A DNA stretch of 64,000 nt from Botryllus schlosseri (Eukaryota). Of the stretch, positions 53,801 to 64,000 are shown one piece after another (position 1 is the stretch's first letter; each line of letters begins with the position of its first letter). Made by a program: the position numbers and the translations under genes. The notes below the pieces were generated by a model that ran no database searches, was not told the DNA's origin, and worked only from the letters and a program-made list of their open reading frames with translations. The DNA is taken from assembly GCA_051294905.1 (NCBI GenBank), contig CM119373.1:3040001-3104000 (forward strand). The letters are read 5' to 3'.

Positions 53801-56790
53801 ACAATATGACGGGAATCTTGTTGAGATTCAGAAAGAACGAAGTAGCCATCATGGCGGACATTGAAAAAATGTTTTTTCAATTTTATGTCAATGAAAAGGA
53901 TCGTGATATGCTGAGATTTCTGTGGTGGAAAGATGGAGATATTTCAAGGGAACTTTTAGAGTATCGTATGAAGGTATTTCCCTTTGGAAGTGTCTCATCG
54001 CCAGGCGCGGCCATGTATGGCATGAAGTTGGCCGCTGATGATGGAGAGCAAGAGTTCGGCTCCAAGGCTGCAGAATTTGTTCGATCCAATTTCTACGTGG
54101 ATGATGGATTAACCTCGGTAGAAAATGTGGATGAAGCTGTTGAATTGGTGAAAAACAGCGTGGGTATATGTGGAAAGGCTGGATTGAGACTGCATAAATT
54201 TGTGTCGAACAAAATGCAAGTATTGGAATCGATTGATAAATCGGAAAGGGCGAAGGGATTGCAGGACATTGACTTCGATACTATGTCATCGTTGACAGAG
54301 AGGTCTTTGGGAATTTTATGGAATCCATCATTGGATGTGTTTCGGTTCCACAGGGAATTGGTGGATAAACCAGTAACAAGACGAACAGTATTGAGTGTCG
54401 TATCGTCTATCTTTGATCCGATGGGTTTTCTAGCCCCTGTTCTGCTGGTTGGAAAGGTATTATTGCAAGAATTGTGCAAAATGAAACTTGATTGGGACAC
54501 TGCGCTACCAGAAAGTTATGCTCGTAGATGGGAAGATTGGTTAAATGATTTGAACAATTTGGATAAAATTCAAATCAAAAGATGTGTGAAACCTGATGAA
54601 TTCGGCACCGTTGAGGGAGTGGAGCTTCACCATTTTTCCGACGCATGTGAGTATGGATACGGGCAATGCTCATATCTCCGCTTGGTTGATGATAAAGGGA
54701 AAGTGCATTGCACTCTCATTATGTCAAAATCGAGAGTTGCACCCTTGAAGCAAGTGTCAATTCCTAGGATGGAACTGACTGCGGCTGTGGTATCAGCCAA
54801 GATGAGCAAATTTCTCAACACAGAGTTGCAGTATGAAAATTTGAATGAGTATTTTTGGACTGACAGCAATGTTGTTTTGGGATATATAAATAACGTAGCG
54901 AGGCGATTTCATGTTTTCGTGGCAAACAGAGTTCAACTGATACATGATTTGACAGACTCTTCTGCATGGATGCATGTGGCAGGACATGATAATCCAAGTG
55001 ACATTGCAAGCAGAGGTACGTCGCTGGAAAAACTTTTATCACTTTCGTTATGGTGGGATGGACCGCAATTCTTGTGGAAAGAGGGAAGATTTGAAATACC
55101 AAAGGACGCTCATCCATCAGGCGAAGCTGTGGATGACTTGGTAGATGTGGAAGTCAGAAAGGCTGTGTCACTCAGTACAACTTCCAATGAAAATTCGGGA
55201 TCTAAATCTTGGAATACAAACTTGAAACAGTTTTCGTCGTGGTTCAAGGCAAAACGGGCTGTTGCAAACTGCCTGCAATTCAAAGACAGATTGAAGGGTT
55301 TGCCCATAAACAGTTCTCTCACTATTGAAAGGTTATCAGTGGCAGAAAGGATCATCTTGAAAGACTTACAGAGTGAATTCTTTCCTGATGACATGGAACG
55401 TCTTGATCCTGCATCAAAGTCGAAAAGTTCTTCTGTAAAGAAAGGCAGTCCTTTGTACAAACTAGATCCATTTGTGGACAGAGATGGCTTGATAAGAGTT
55501 GGCGGAAGAATCCGTAATAGCTCTTTGTCTTCTGAAGTCAAGAATCCAATTTTGCTGCCTCGGAAATCTCACGTAACGGACTTGATTATTCGCCATTTTC
55601 ATGGAAAGGTCAATCATATGGGACGTGGAATCACGCACAATGAGATACGTCAACATGGATATTGGATTATAGGTGGTGTGAGTGCTGTCTCTCAGCACAT
55701 CCACCAATGCATAACTTGTCGGAAATTACGGAAACCATTATCGGCACAAAAGATGTGCGAATTACCAGAGTCGAGAATGGCTGAGCAAGGTCCATTCACA
55801 TTTTGCTCGTGCGATTTCTTCGGACCATTTGAAATCAAAGAAAGGCGATCCGTATTGAAAAGGTACGGAGTTATTTTCTCTTGTTTGTCATCCAGAGCTA
55901 TACACTTGGAGACAACAAACTCTATGGACTTGGATTCATTTATTAATGCACTGAGAAGATTTCTTGCAAGGAGAGGACCGATAAAATCACTGTTGAGTGA
56001 TTGCGGAAGCAACATCATTGGGGGAAAGAATGCTTTCCAAAAGGCGATTGGTGAGATGAATCAGAAAAAGGTCAGAGATTATCTATTGTCTGAAAATTGT
56101 GATCTGATAGAATTCAACTTTCACGTGCCAAAAGCTAGTCATATGAATGGGAATGTCGAACGCCAAATTCTTACGGTGCGTCGTGTTTTGGAACCATTGC
56201 TTTGTCAAATAGGTTCACATTTGGATGATGAATCACTCAGAACCTTTTTCGCAGAAGTGGAAAATGTGGTAAATTCAAGACCACTAACTGTTATCAATTT
56301 GGGTGATGTCAATGCGCCAGAACCATTGACACCAAATCATCTGTTAACGATGAAACCAAAAATTTTGTTGTCACCTCCAGGGGAATTTGGCAAGCCAGAT
56401 CTCTATGCAAGAAGGCGCTGGAGAAGAACACAATACGCTGTGAATCAATTTTGGTTCAGATGGAGAAGGGAGTTTTTACCTGGCATGCAACAACGCACTA
56501 AATGGAGCAAAGTTAGTCGAAATGTTCGAGTGGGAGATATTGTTATCGTTCATGATGATGACCTTCCGCGAAACTCTTGGAAATTGGGAATCGTACACTC
56601 GGTTTCGAACTCGACAGATGGGCTGGTGCGAAAGGCTAAGATACGCATCGCCGACCGTACTATTGATCAGTACGGAAGAAGAATCAACGATGTGCAGTTT
56701 TTGGAGCGACCTATCCACAAATTGGTCGTGCTTCTCGCTGCAGAGGAAGTTACCGAGGATTCCACCGACGAGGAGCCACTAATGGACTAA
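50884..56790 (+). CDS. BEL/Pao Gag-Pol polyprotein (gag, three Cys-His knuckles, aspartic protease, RT, RNase H, integrase)
   Basis: The 1975-aa ORF track entry starts at TTG 50863; the first ATG is at 50884. Motifs: FDGNILEYLAWETSF (gag), CYFC..H...C / CFGC..H...C / CRIC..H...H, ALDGQC (protease), ADIEKMF and FYVDDG (RT), HHFSDAC and SKSRVAPLK (Pao RNase H), H..H..CITC and SDCGSN (integrase), PLTPNHLL and FWFRWRREFL. Domain order PR-RT-RH-IN is typical of BEL/Pao. Confidence 0.96.
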   Translation: MTPGRNKKKSGKASGGGRNGANSRNSTLVGEDNVDSDPNRIMAEDYKHGHTVISNRRTRGTSAYIENMKQEFDFHVKEVLRQCKCLNDLLESRDGREYVSKAYLDMRKKFALLQDFWIDLEPRLRPEESEAISCSFKDIQDRVEETGYNAKDYLDEYNGETKAKFSEPTARRNRLVVLEDSNSPDRETALLLEQNQRDYEQKMKDLSAQNQRDIQRLMDRGRKSKPSSVLDNTENVMDRAPNNDGAHGIYHVNANLDQVLKELAVSNAMLARSCGLPEIKVGVFDGNILEYLAWETSFDALIQSKTCNVHELLNYLESHLSGEPKEMIKGLLLLQNRDAYERARKRLKTRYGNDNVIGNAFLNRLSSWPKINVKDGIGLRKFADFLDQIAAAEPKIPALGVLNYAIESNKIIGKLPQFLRGKWRDEVYKWQSKYGEASYPPLKEVAGFVDVCAEKMNIPELDDLDSPNNKGKIDSPEVVSYKDSYKGKFKVTSFSTECQDDTSATRTKCYFCDELHHIDDCEGFGKLSHMEKREFIMKRGLCFGCGSSQDHMAKFCTARITCRICKRRHMTSLHIETDEVDSKCTQVCSKKGQKGGKQNTMIVPVYVSTAANPSKKVKCYCALDGQCNRTFMVDDLKESLGLESVNTKLQMSTLYKSGAVINSSRITGIIVSSIDETSSVTIPQVYTRAEIPVEISQIPKPQVAREWAHLRSIADKIMPYDPSMKVGILIGADVPNALRPREIVAGGDSDPYGQLSMFGWGIVGNVCKDLTGESPSVVSHHTIVRDAQMEEGFETSEVVGDGNTAFVYMSKAKEVMCPQNINHLLEMDFIEHRNLEASLSVEDKRFMDILSKGVARREDGHYEFPLPLKYDNVRVPNNRALAAKRAEQVKRRLSKNQNLHEEYKDQMNLTIEKYAEKVPEDILDLKNGRINYIPHSPVFHNKKGSLRIVNDMSAKYGGLCINDVLLSGPNLMDNMTGILLRFRKNEVAIMADIEKMFFQFYVNEKDRDMLRFLWWKDGDISRELLEYRMKVFPFGSVSSPGAAMYGMKLAADDGEQEFGSKAAEFVRSNFYVDDGLTSVENVDEAVELVKNSVGICGKAGLRLHKFVSNKMQVLESIDKSERAKGLQDIDFDTMSSLTERSLGILWNPSLDVFRFHRELVDKPVTRRTVLSVVSSIFDPMGFLAPVLLVGKVLLQELCKMKLDWDTALPESYARRWEDWLNDLNNLDKIQIKRCVKPDEFGTVEGVELHHFSDACEYGYGQCSYLRLVDDKGKVHCTLIMSKSRVAPLKQVSIPRMELTAAVVSAKMSKFLNTELQYENLNEYFWTDSNVVLGYINNVARRFHVFVANRVQLIHDLTDSSAWMHVAGHDNPSDIASRGTSLEKLLSLSLWWDGPQFLWKEGRFEIPKDAHPSGEAVDDLVDVEVRKAVSLSTTSNENSGSKSWNTNLKQFSSWFKAKRAVANCLQFKDRLKGLPINSSLTIERLSVAERIILKDLQSEFFPDDMERLDPASKSKSSSVKKGSPLYKLDPFVDRDGLIRVGGRIRNSSLSSEVKNPILLPRKSHVTDLIIRHFHGKVNHMGRGITHNEIRQHGYWIIGGVSAVSQHIHQCITCRKLRKPLSAQKMCELPESRMAEQGPFTFCSCDFFGPFEIKERRSVLKRYGVIFSCLSSRAIHLETTNSMDLDSFINALRRFLARRGPIKSLLSDCGSNIIGGKNAFQKAIGEMNQKKVRDYLLSENCDLIEFNFHVPKASHMNGNVERQILTVRRVLEPLLCQIGSHLDDESLRTFFAEVENVVNSRPLTVINLGDVNAPEPLTPNHLLTMKPKILLSPPGEFGKPDLYARRRWRRTQYAVNQFWFRWRREFLPGMQQRTKWSKVSRNVRVGDIVIVHDDDLPRNSWKLGIVHSVSNSTDGLVRKAKIRIADRTIDQYGRRINDVQFLERPIHKLVVLLAAEEVTEDSTDEEPLMD

Positions 56791-56848
56791 TGTTTTACTT
56801 AATTTGCAAAAAAGTTCTTTGTCATTTTATAACTTTTTTGGGGGGGTA

Positions 56849-57259
56849 TGTTACTGTAGGCATTTCATGTTAATCTTGGGGGGTTCAATAATTTAGGAGC
56901 CATACTTGTATTCGCTAGATGGCGTATGCTTGACGATACTTCCTGGTCTGGTCTAAGGGAATATTCTGGATATAGCTGTGATAGGGTACAGTTTGTCAAT
57001 AGTAATTGGCCCACCGGACGTTCCCCCACTGTATTTACCGATCTTGTTGGGACAATATCTTATTCGTGCTACTACTGTGTCGTATTATAATTTGGATATA
57101 AGGAAATTCGATCAATTGGAACTTCAAGCAATATACTTTTCTACCGTACTTCAAGATCGCGTATATTTACATCGGGAAACTTATAGGACTTTGCGGCGCT
57201 GTAAGTTCAAGGGAAGACAGCTTACACAGAATCACATAGGCAGTTCAGCGACCGCAACA
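56849..57259 (+). repeat. 3' LTR
   Basis: Direct repeat of 50247-50657, preceded by ttttttgggggggta. Confidence 0.96.
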
Positions 57260-60200
57260 CAAAATGGTCGCTAACCTCTTTGTGCACCAGCTGTAAATCT
57301 CACAAGCAACAAGTTTCAAGATTCCAGTTATTGAAAAAATGTTAAAGTGTTTCTCCTGCGCCAAGTCGTTATGTTTACGAAAGCGTATATTGTAATATCA
57401 TGATCGATTTGCATTCGTTGCTCACAAACTGTCACTACTCTAGATAATTATTTTTCACTCAAACACAACAGCATACTTGTCGCCATTCGTTTTCATCAAG
57501 CACGAGTTCAATAAACTTACTTACTACGACATGAATTGGTATTTTTATGTTGTGTAAATAGGTAATAATTAATTTTAGTAACACTATACCAACATCATCG
57601 AGTTGTGCGAATAGATTTACATGTGGTGTTATGGTTTTAATCGAAGTGCACTGCACGATCTAATGTAGAGTCATCTCTATTGTATAGCAACTCGGTAATC
57701 GAAATGCATGCATTAACATTTAAACAGCGATCGTGTTTCATCACGCGAAAAATATGTTCACTACTGCGATACTCTGCACAGGGCATGCAAATCCTTCTCA
57801 CACTCGTAATAGTATACCAACGGCTACCGGCGACAACGTTTAACAATACCAACGACACTAAACATACGATACCTACCCAATCTGCAAATTGTTTCGATTT
57901 ATTCTGTCTGTTTCAATTTAAGATAAGGAAGCCCATTTCACTCAATGTATCGATGCCTACGGTACTCTACAAAATTTTCTGATTAATTCTCCCTATGCTT
58001 ATTTATCACAAGAAAGATGATTTGATACCTAAAGTACGAAATACTTTTTCGCTTGAGCTAAGCCGCAGCGCCTGGAGTGGAATTTTACGGGGTATGTGGG
58101 CTCATTTCGTAGGGCTCTATGCCATAGGAGCATACTTTACGCTCCAATTCGATTCCCACACATTCCATATAATTACTAACAGAACCATTGAGTACCAGCC
58201 TTGACATTTTCCGTAGTACTAGATGGCATGTATACAATTTCACGACATCCGACATTACGACGAAGACTATCAAAATATCGAAAGAAGCCCTCTATTCTTT
58301 TCTGAAATAATCAAGGTTTTATCAGGACTTCCCTTCATATAAACTCCAGCAGAATCACTAATAACCTCCCAAGTGTACTCTATTTACTCTAATTTGATAC
58401 TCGTGTACCAAATCCCTATTTTCCGCAAGTATGATAGAGGCTATCGCTCGATACTCAACGATTCGTAATTTTGCTGGAATACAAGTACAATTAGTTTAAA
58501 GTAGTTTGAGGTTACGTTTGTATCACCTCGACAAGTGCTATTATCAAAAAATGCTTTTGCTAAACTCTTACACTTTCACTAAACTTCTACACTGAATCTT
58601 GTAAAGTAGATAGAAAAGGAAAACTATTAACATAAGGTAAGTGAGAAGCACGCAAATTTCGATTGCATACAAATGCCACAAACTGCGCTAACTTCCAGAG
58701 TTGTTAAGTATAGAAGTACTCGTACGTCTTGAGAATACCCAAGTAGGTTTTTTGCCTACATGTACCAAATACTCTCAAGTCCTTATGATATTGGAGTACA
58801 TCAACTTCATGATAGCTACAGTATTAAACAGAAATAGACCTAGAGTACTAACGTTTTTGCGCAGTGAGAGTTCGCAAATTATCGAAGTATTTTTGTTATT
58901 TTTATTGCGATAAGTCATTCTGCAGCGCAAAAATGCGTCGTAGGATATAGATGAAACTAGCACCACTCATCAAGACCGCTGATAACAGTACATTTCAACA
59001 TTTAGTTGCAGTAAATTTCGAGTAAAGTACAAGAAGTGATGATTTCCGAGTGAGTTAAAAAGTAAGTATTGCAGGTATAGTTTACCTGAAAATCGAATAC
59101 TCTGAAATAGAAGTAGATGCAGTGTAAATAGTTAATCACTTGATTAAGTATAGCGCAAGCAGATAAAACCTATACTTGAGTACTACAAAATACACGAGTA
59201 CTTCGCTATCGACTCCCTCCACGTAATAAGTGACTACGGTTTAAGACTGCTTTTACCGATACTCGTCAGTTTCCGTTTTAGATAGAATTCGGAAACCAAA
59301 TAATTTCATAAACATAAGCTAATTAAATGAATTTACTCGAATGTACTATGCCGCGCTGATAAGATTAATTATAATATACTTGTCATGTTAGAGCGATTTT
59401 TCTAGCGTAGAAAATCTTTAAAATGTAGTAAGCAGGCCAATATGAAGATATTCGTTGAGCTGAATAAACATAAAAAATACTCTAGACTACTTTATCGGTA
59501 CTTTACAGTTTCAGTTTTAGATAAAATTTGTCCCTTTCACTCCTCGCTATCTAAACATGTTTAGAATATATTATTTGCGATGATACGAACCCGTAAAGTA
59601 CTCAAGTAGCTTTTCGTTGGATATAGATGAAACTGACACCATTCACCAAGACCACTGGCCCACTGACAAAAAGTACATTTCAACATTTTAGTAACAGTAA
59701 AGTCCTACTAAAGTACAAGAAGTCATGATTTCCGAGTGAGTTAAAAAGTAAGTATTGAAGGTATAGTTTGCTCGAAAACCGAAAAAACTCTGAAATAGAA
59801 GTAGATGCAGTGTAAATAGTCAATCACTTCATTTAGTATAGCGCAAGCAGGGCAAACCTATACTTGAGTACTCCAAAATATACAAGTACTCCCTCCACGT
59901 AAAAAGCGACTAGGGTTTAGACTACTTTATCGGTACTTGACAGTTTTAGATAAAATTTGGTGAGACTTTAAATTTTAAAGTAGTTTGAGCTTACGTTTGT
60001 ATCACCTTGACAAGTATCATTATCAGACATGAAAATGATACTATCACCTAATACAGAAGTTAACACACGTCAATGTGCTTCGGAATTCACGAGAAATTGC
60101 TTACTAAGAGAAGTATATTCTTGTATACACAATAGTGGAGAGAATCTTTAAAATGTAGTAAGCAGGCCGATGGGTATTCATTGAGTTGTATAAACATAAA

Positions 60201-63200
60201 AAACATTCCCGCGCGCGTCTTAGTATTAGGTGGTAGGGTAGGAAGTGTTAGGTTTAGGAGCGCGCGGGAATGTTTTTTATGTTTATACAACTCAATGAAT
60301 ACCCATCGGCCTGCTTACTACATTTTAAAGATTCTCTCCACTATTGTGTATACAAGAATATACTTCTCTTAGTAAGCAATTTCTCGTGAATTCCGAAGCA
60401 CATTGACGTGTGTTAACTTCTGTATTAGGTGATAGTATCATTTTCATGTCTGATAATGATACTTGTCAAGGTGATACAAACGTAAGCTCAAACTACTTTA
60501 AAATTTAAAGTCTCACCAAATTTTATCTAAAACTGTCAAGTACCGATAAAGTAGTCTAAACCCTAGTCGCTTTTTACGTGGAGGGAGTACTTGTATATTT
60601 TGGAGTACTCAAGTATAGGTTTGCCCTGCTTGCGCTATACTAAATGAAGTGATTGACTATTTACACTGCATCTACTTCTATTTCAGAGTTTTTTCGGTTT
60701 TCGAGCAAACTATACCTTCAATACTTACTTTTTAACTCACTCGGAAATCATGACTTCTTGTACTTTAGTAGGACTTTACTGTTACTAAAATGTTGAAATG
60801 TACTTTTTGTCAGTGGGCCAGTGGTCTTGGTGAATGGTGTCAGTTTCATCTATATCCAACGAAAAGCTACTTGAGTACTTTACGGGTTCGTATCATCGCA
60901 AATAATATATTCTAAACATGTTTAGATAGCGAGGAGTGAAAGGGACAAATTTTATCTAAAACTGAAACTGTAAAGTACCGATAAAGTAGTCTAGAGTATT
61001 TTTTATGTTTATTCAGCTCAACGAATATCTTCATATTGGCCTGCTTACTACATTTTAAAGATTTTCTACGCTAGAAAAATCGCTCTAACATGACAAGTAT
61101 ATTATAATTAATCTTATCAGCGCGGCATAGTACATTCGAGTAAATTCATTTAATTAGCTTATGTTTATGAAATTATTTGGTTTCCGAATTCTATCTAAAA
61201 CGGAAACTGACGAGTATCGGTAAAAGCAGTCTTAAACCGTAGTCACTTATTACGTGGAGGGAGTCGATAGCGAAGTACTCGTGTATTTTGTAGTACTCAA
61301 GTATAGGTTTTATCTGCTTGCGCTATACTTAATCAAGTGATTAACTATTTACACTGCATCTACTTCTATTTCAGAGTATTCGGTTTTCAGGTAAACTATA
61401 CCTGCAATACTTACTTTTTAACTCACTCGGAAATCATCACTTCTTGTACTTTACTCGAAATTTACTGCAACTAAATGTTGAAATGTACTGTTATCAGCGG
61501 TCTTGATGAGTGGTGCTAGTTTCATCTATATCCTACGACGCATTTTTGCGCTGCAGAATGACTTATCGCAATAAAAATAACAAAAATACTTCGATAATTT
61601 GCGAACTCTCACTGCGCAAAAACGTTAGTACTCTAGGTCTATTTCTGTTTAATACTGTAGCTATCATGAAGTTGATGTACTCCAATATCATAAGGACTTG
61701 AGAGTATTTGGTACATGTAGGCAAAAAACCTACTTGGGTATTCTCAAGACGTACGAGTACTTCTATACTTAACAACTCTGGAAGTTAGCGCAGTTTGTGG
61801 CATTTGTATGCAATCGAAATTTGCGTGCTTCTCACTTACCTTATGTTAATAGTTTTCCTTTTCTATCTACTTTACAAGATTCAGTGTAGAAGTTTAGTGA
61901 AAGTGTAAGAGTTTAGCAAAAGCATTTTTTGATAATAGCACTTGTCGAGGTGATACAAACGTAACCTCAAACTACTTTAAACTAATTGTACTTGTATTCC
62001 AGCAAAATTACGAATCGTTGAGTATCGAGCGATAGCCTCTATCATACTTGCGGAAAATAGGGATTTGGTACACGAGTATCAAATTAGAGTAAATAGAGTA
62101 CACTTGGGAGGTTATTAGTGATTCTGCTGGAGTTTATATGAAGGGAAGTCCTGATAAAACCTTGATTATTTCAGAAAAGAATAGAGGGCTTCTTTCGATA
62201 TTTTGATAGTCTTCGTCGTAATGTCGGATGTCGTGAAATTGTATACATGCCATCTAGTACTACGGAAAATGTCAAGGCTGGTACTCAATGGTTCTGTTAG
62301 TAATTATATGGAATGTGTGGGAATCGAATTGGAGCGTAAAGTATGCTCCTATGGCATAGAGCCCTACGAAATGAGCCCACATACCCCGTAAAATTCCACT
62401 CCAGGCGCTGCGGCTTAGCTCAAGCGAAAAAGTATTTCGTACTTTAGGTATCAAATCATCTTTCTTGTGATAAATAAGCATAGGGAGAATTAATCAGAAA
62501 ATTTTGTAGAGTACCGTAGGCATCGATACATTGAGTGAAATGGGCTTCCTTATCTTAAATTGAAACAGACAGAATAAATCGAAACAATTTGCAGATTGGG
62601 TAGGTATCGTATGTTTAGTGTCGTTGGTATTGTTAAACGTTGTCGCCGGTAGCCGTTGGTATACTATTACGAGTGTGAGAAGGATTTGCATGCCCTGTGC
62701 AGAGTATCGCAGTAGTGAACATATTTTTCGCGTGATGAAACACGATCGCTGTTTAAATGTTAATGCATGCATTTCGATTACCGAGTTGCTATACAATAGA
62801 GATGACTCTACATTAGATCGTGCAGTGCACTTCGATTAAAACCATAACACCACATGTAAATCTATTCGCACAACTCGATGATGTTGGTATAGTGTTACTA
62901 AAATTAATTATTACCTATTTACACAACATAAAAATACCAATTCATGTCGTAGTAAGTAAGTTTATTGAACTCGTGCTTGATGAAAACGAATGGCGACAAG
63001 TATGCTGTTGTGTTTGAGTGAAAAATAATTATTTAGAGTAGTGACAGTTTGTGAGCAACGAATGCAAATCGATCATGATATTACAATATACGCTTTCGTA
63101 AACATAACGACTTGGCGCAGGAGAAACACTTTAACATTTTTTCAATAACTGGAATCTTGAAACTTGTTGCTTGTGAGATTTACAGCTGGTGCACAAAGAG

Positions 63201-64000
63201 GTTAGCGACCATTTTGTACGATAGTATGTTTTAGGTGTATTGTTGCGTGGATAATGATATGATGACTCAGCACTTTTCGTTAGCAAAGTAAATTGTTTTG
63301 CGCGTTAGATTTGTGGAAAGTAAGTTGAATACATACTATTTTGTGGAAGTAACTAGATTACCGCAATATCACTGGTAGGTCTCTCAAGCAGTCACCGCGG
63401 TTTCAATTTTGTAAGATGTCGCGTTGTCGGTATAATGTTTTCTAAAAGTCAAACTCGGCCGGATATCATGACTGTGTAGGACTTACGATAAACATGTATT
63501 GATATTAAAGTTGACTATGTATAGGTACGCGCTACGGAAAAACAGATTTAGCCAAAAGCCTGTATAGAACTGCGTTGGTTTTGAAAGTGTTACATCATGA
63601 AATGCCTGACGAAATTTGGTATGGTGCATTGTTATTATGTCCTACAACTGGGTATCAACGTTCAAGGTGAGAATTTAAGGTTTAGCATGCTAATTCTGTT
63701 ATTAAAATTGACTATGTATGGGTATATGCTATGTTCACGAAAAACAGATATGTGTAAAAGTCGGTATTCGACTGCGATAGTTTCAAAGGTGTTCCATCAT
63801 TAGATGTGTGATGAAATTTAGCATGGTTCATTGCCATAATGTCCTACAACTACGTATCAAGTTTAGAGTTGGGATTCAATGTTAAGCATGGTAATTCCGT
63901 TATTAAAGTTAGCTATGTATGAGTACGTGCTATACGCCCCCCGCAAAACAGATATACGCAAAAAGTCGATGTAGAGCCGCGTTCGTTTTAAAGTTGTTCC

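Larger units (their letters stand above)
50247..57259 (+). mobile_element. Full-length BEL/Pao LTR retrotransposon
   Basis: Two 411-bp direct LTRs (50247-50657, 56849-57259) with TGTT...AACA termini, 5-bp TSD CAAAA (50242-50246, 57260-57264), G-tract PPT directly before the 3' LTR, and one uninterrupted gag-pol ORF. Confidence 0.97.
49457..64000. repeat. Giant inverted repeat (palindrome 2): left arm 49457-50246 + 57260-60216 (split by an LTR element), right arm 60260-64000 running off the window; 43-bp spacer
   Basis: Paired coordinates sum to 120476 on the centre side of the LTR insertion (e.g. 58775..58966-/61510..61701+) and 113458 beyond it (49655..49861-/63597..63803+). Arms end at ...cattcccgcgcgc (60216) / gcgcgcgggaatg (60260). 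About 4 substitutions and one homopolymer indel seen. Confidence 0.97.

Noticed and set aside
51072..56782. Antisense and alternate-frame ORFs within gag-pol
   Set aside because: Expected shadow ORFs of a long coding sequence.
57459..63803. Paired short ORFs in the palindrome 2 arms
   Set aside because: No recognisable domains; frames are not preserved between the two palindromes' shared module.
1..64000. Palindromes as sequencing or assembly fold-back artefacts
   Set aside because: Arms carry substitutions, have distinct spacers, and one arm alone has a TSD-flanked insertion. An artefact is unlikely, though not excluded without reads.

Overview
Repeat-rich, low-gene-density metazoan DNA with spliceosomal introns; it looks invertebrate, but the species cannot be determined from the sequence. 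Main content: (1) two giant, nearly perfect palindromes ~58 kb apart (arms 1-1964 / 2888-4851 with a 923-bp spacer, and arms of at least 3.7 kb around a 43-bp TTAGG-like spacer at 60217-60259) that share one diverged ~0.9-kb module but have unrelated inner arms; (2) an intact, recent BEL/Pao LTR retrotransposon (50247-57259; 411-bp LTRs, CAAAA TSD, 1968-aa polyprotein from the first ATG) inserted into only one arm of the second palindrome, with the empty site preserved in the other arm; (3) a minus-strand multi-exon gene encoding EGF repeats plus a C-terminal fibrinogen-related domain, with five tandemly duplicated EGF exons in different states of decay; (4) a tRNA-Leu(TAA)-like pseudogene; (5) many hAT-type non-autonomous elements with 8-bp TSDs, decayed transposase and gag remnants, and satellite arrays. 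All alignments were done by eye; mismatch counts are minimum values.
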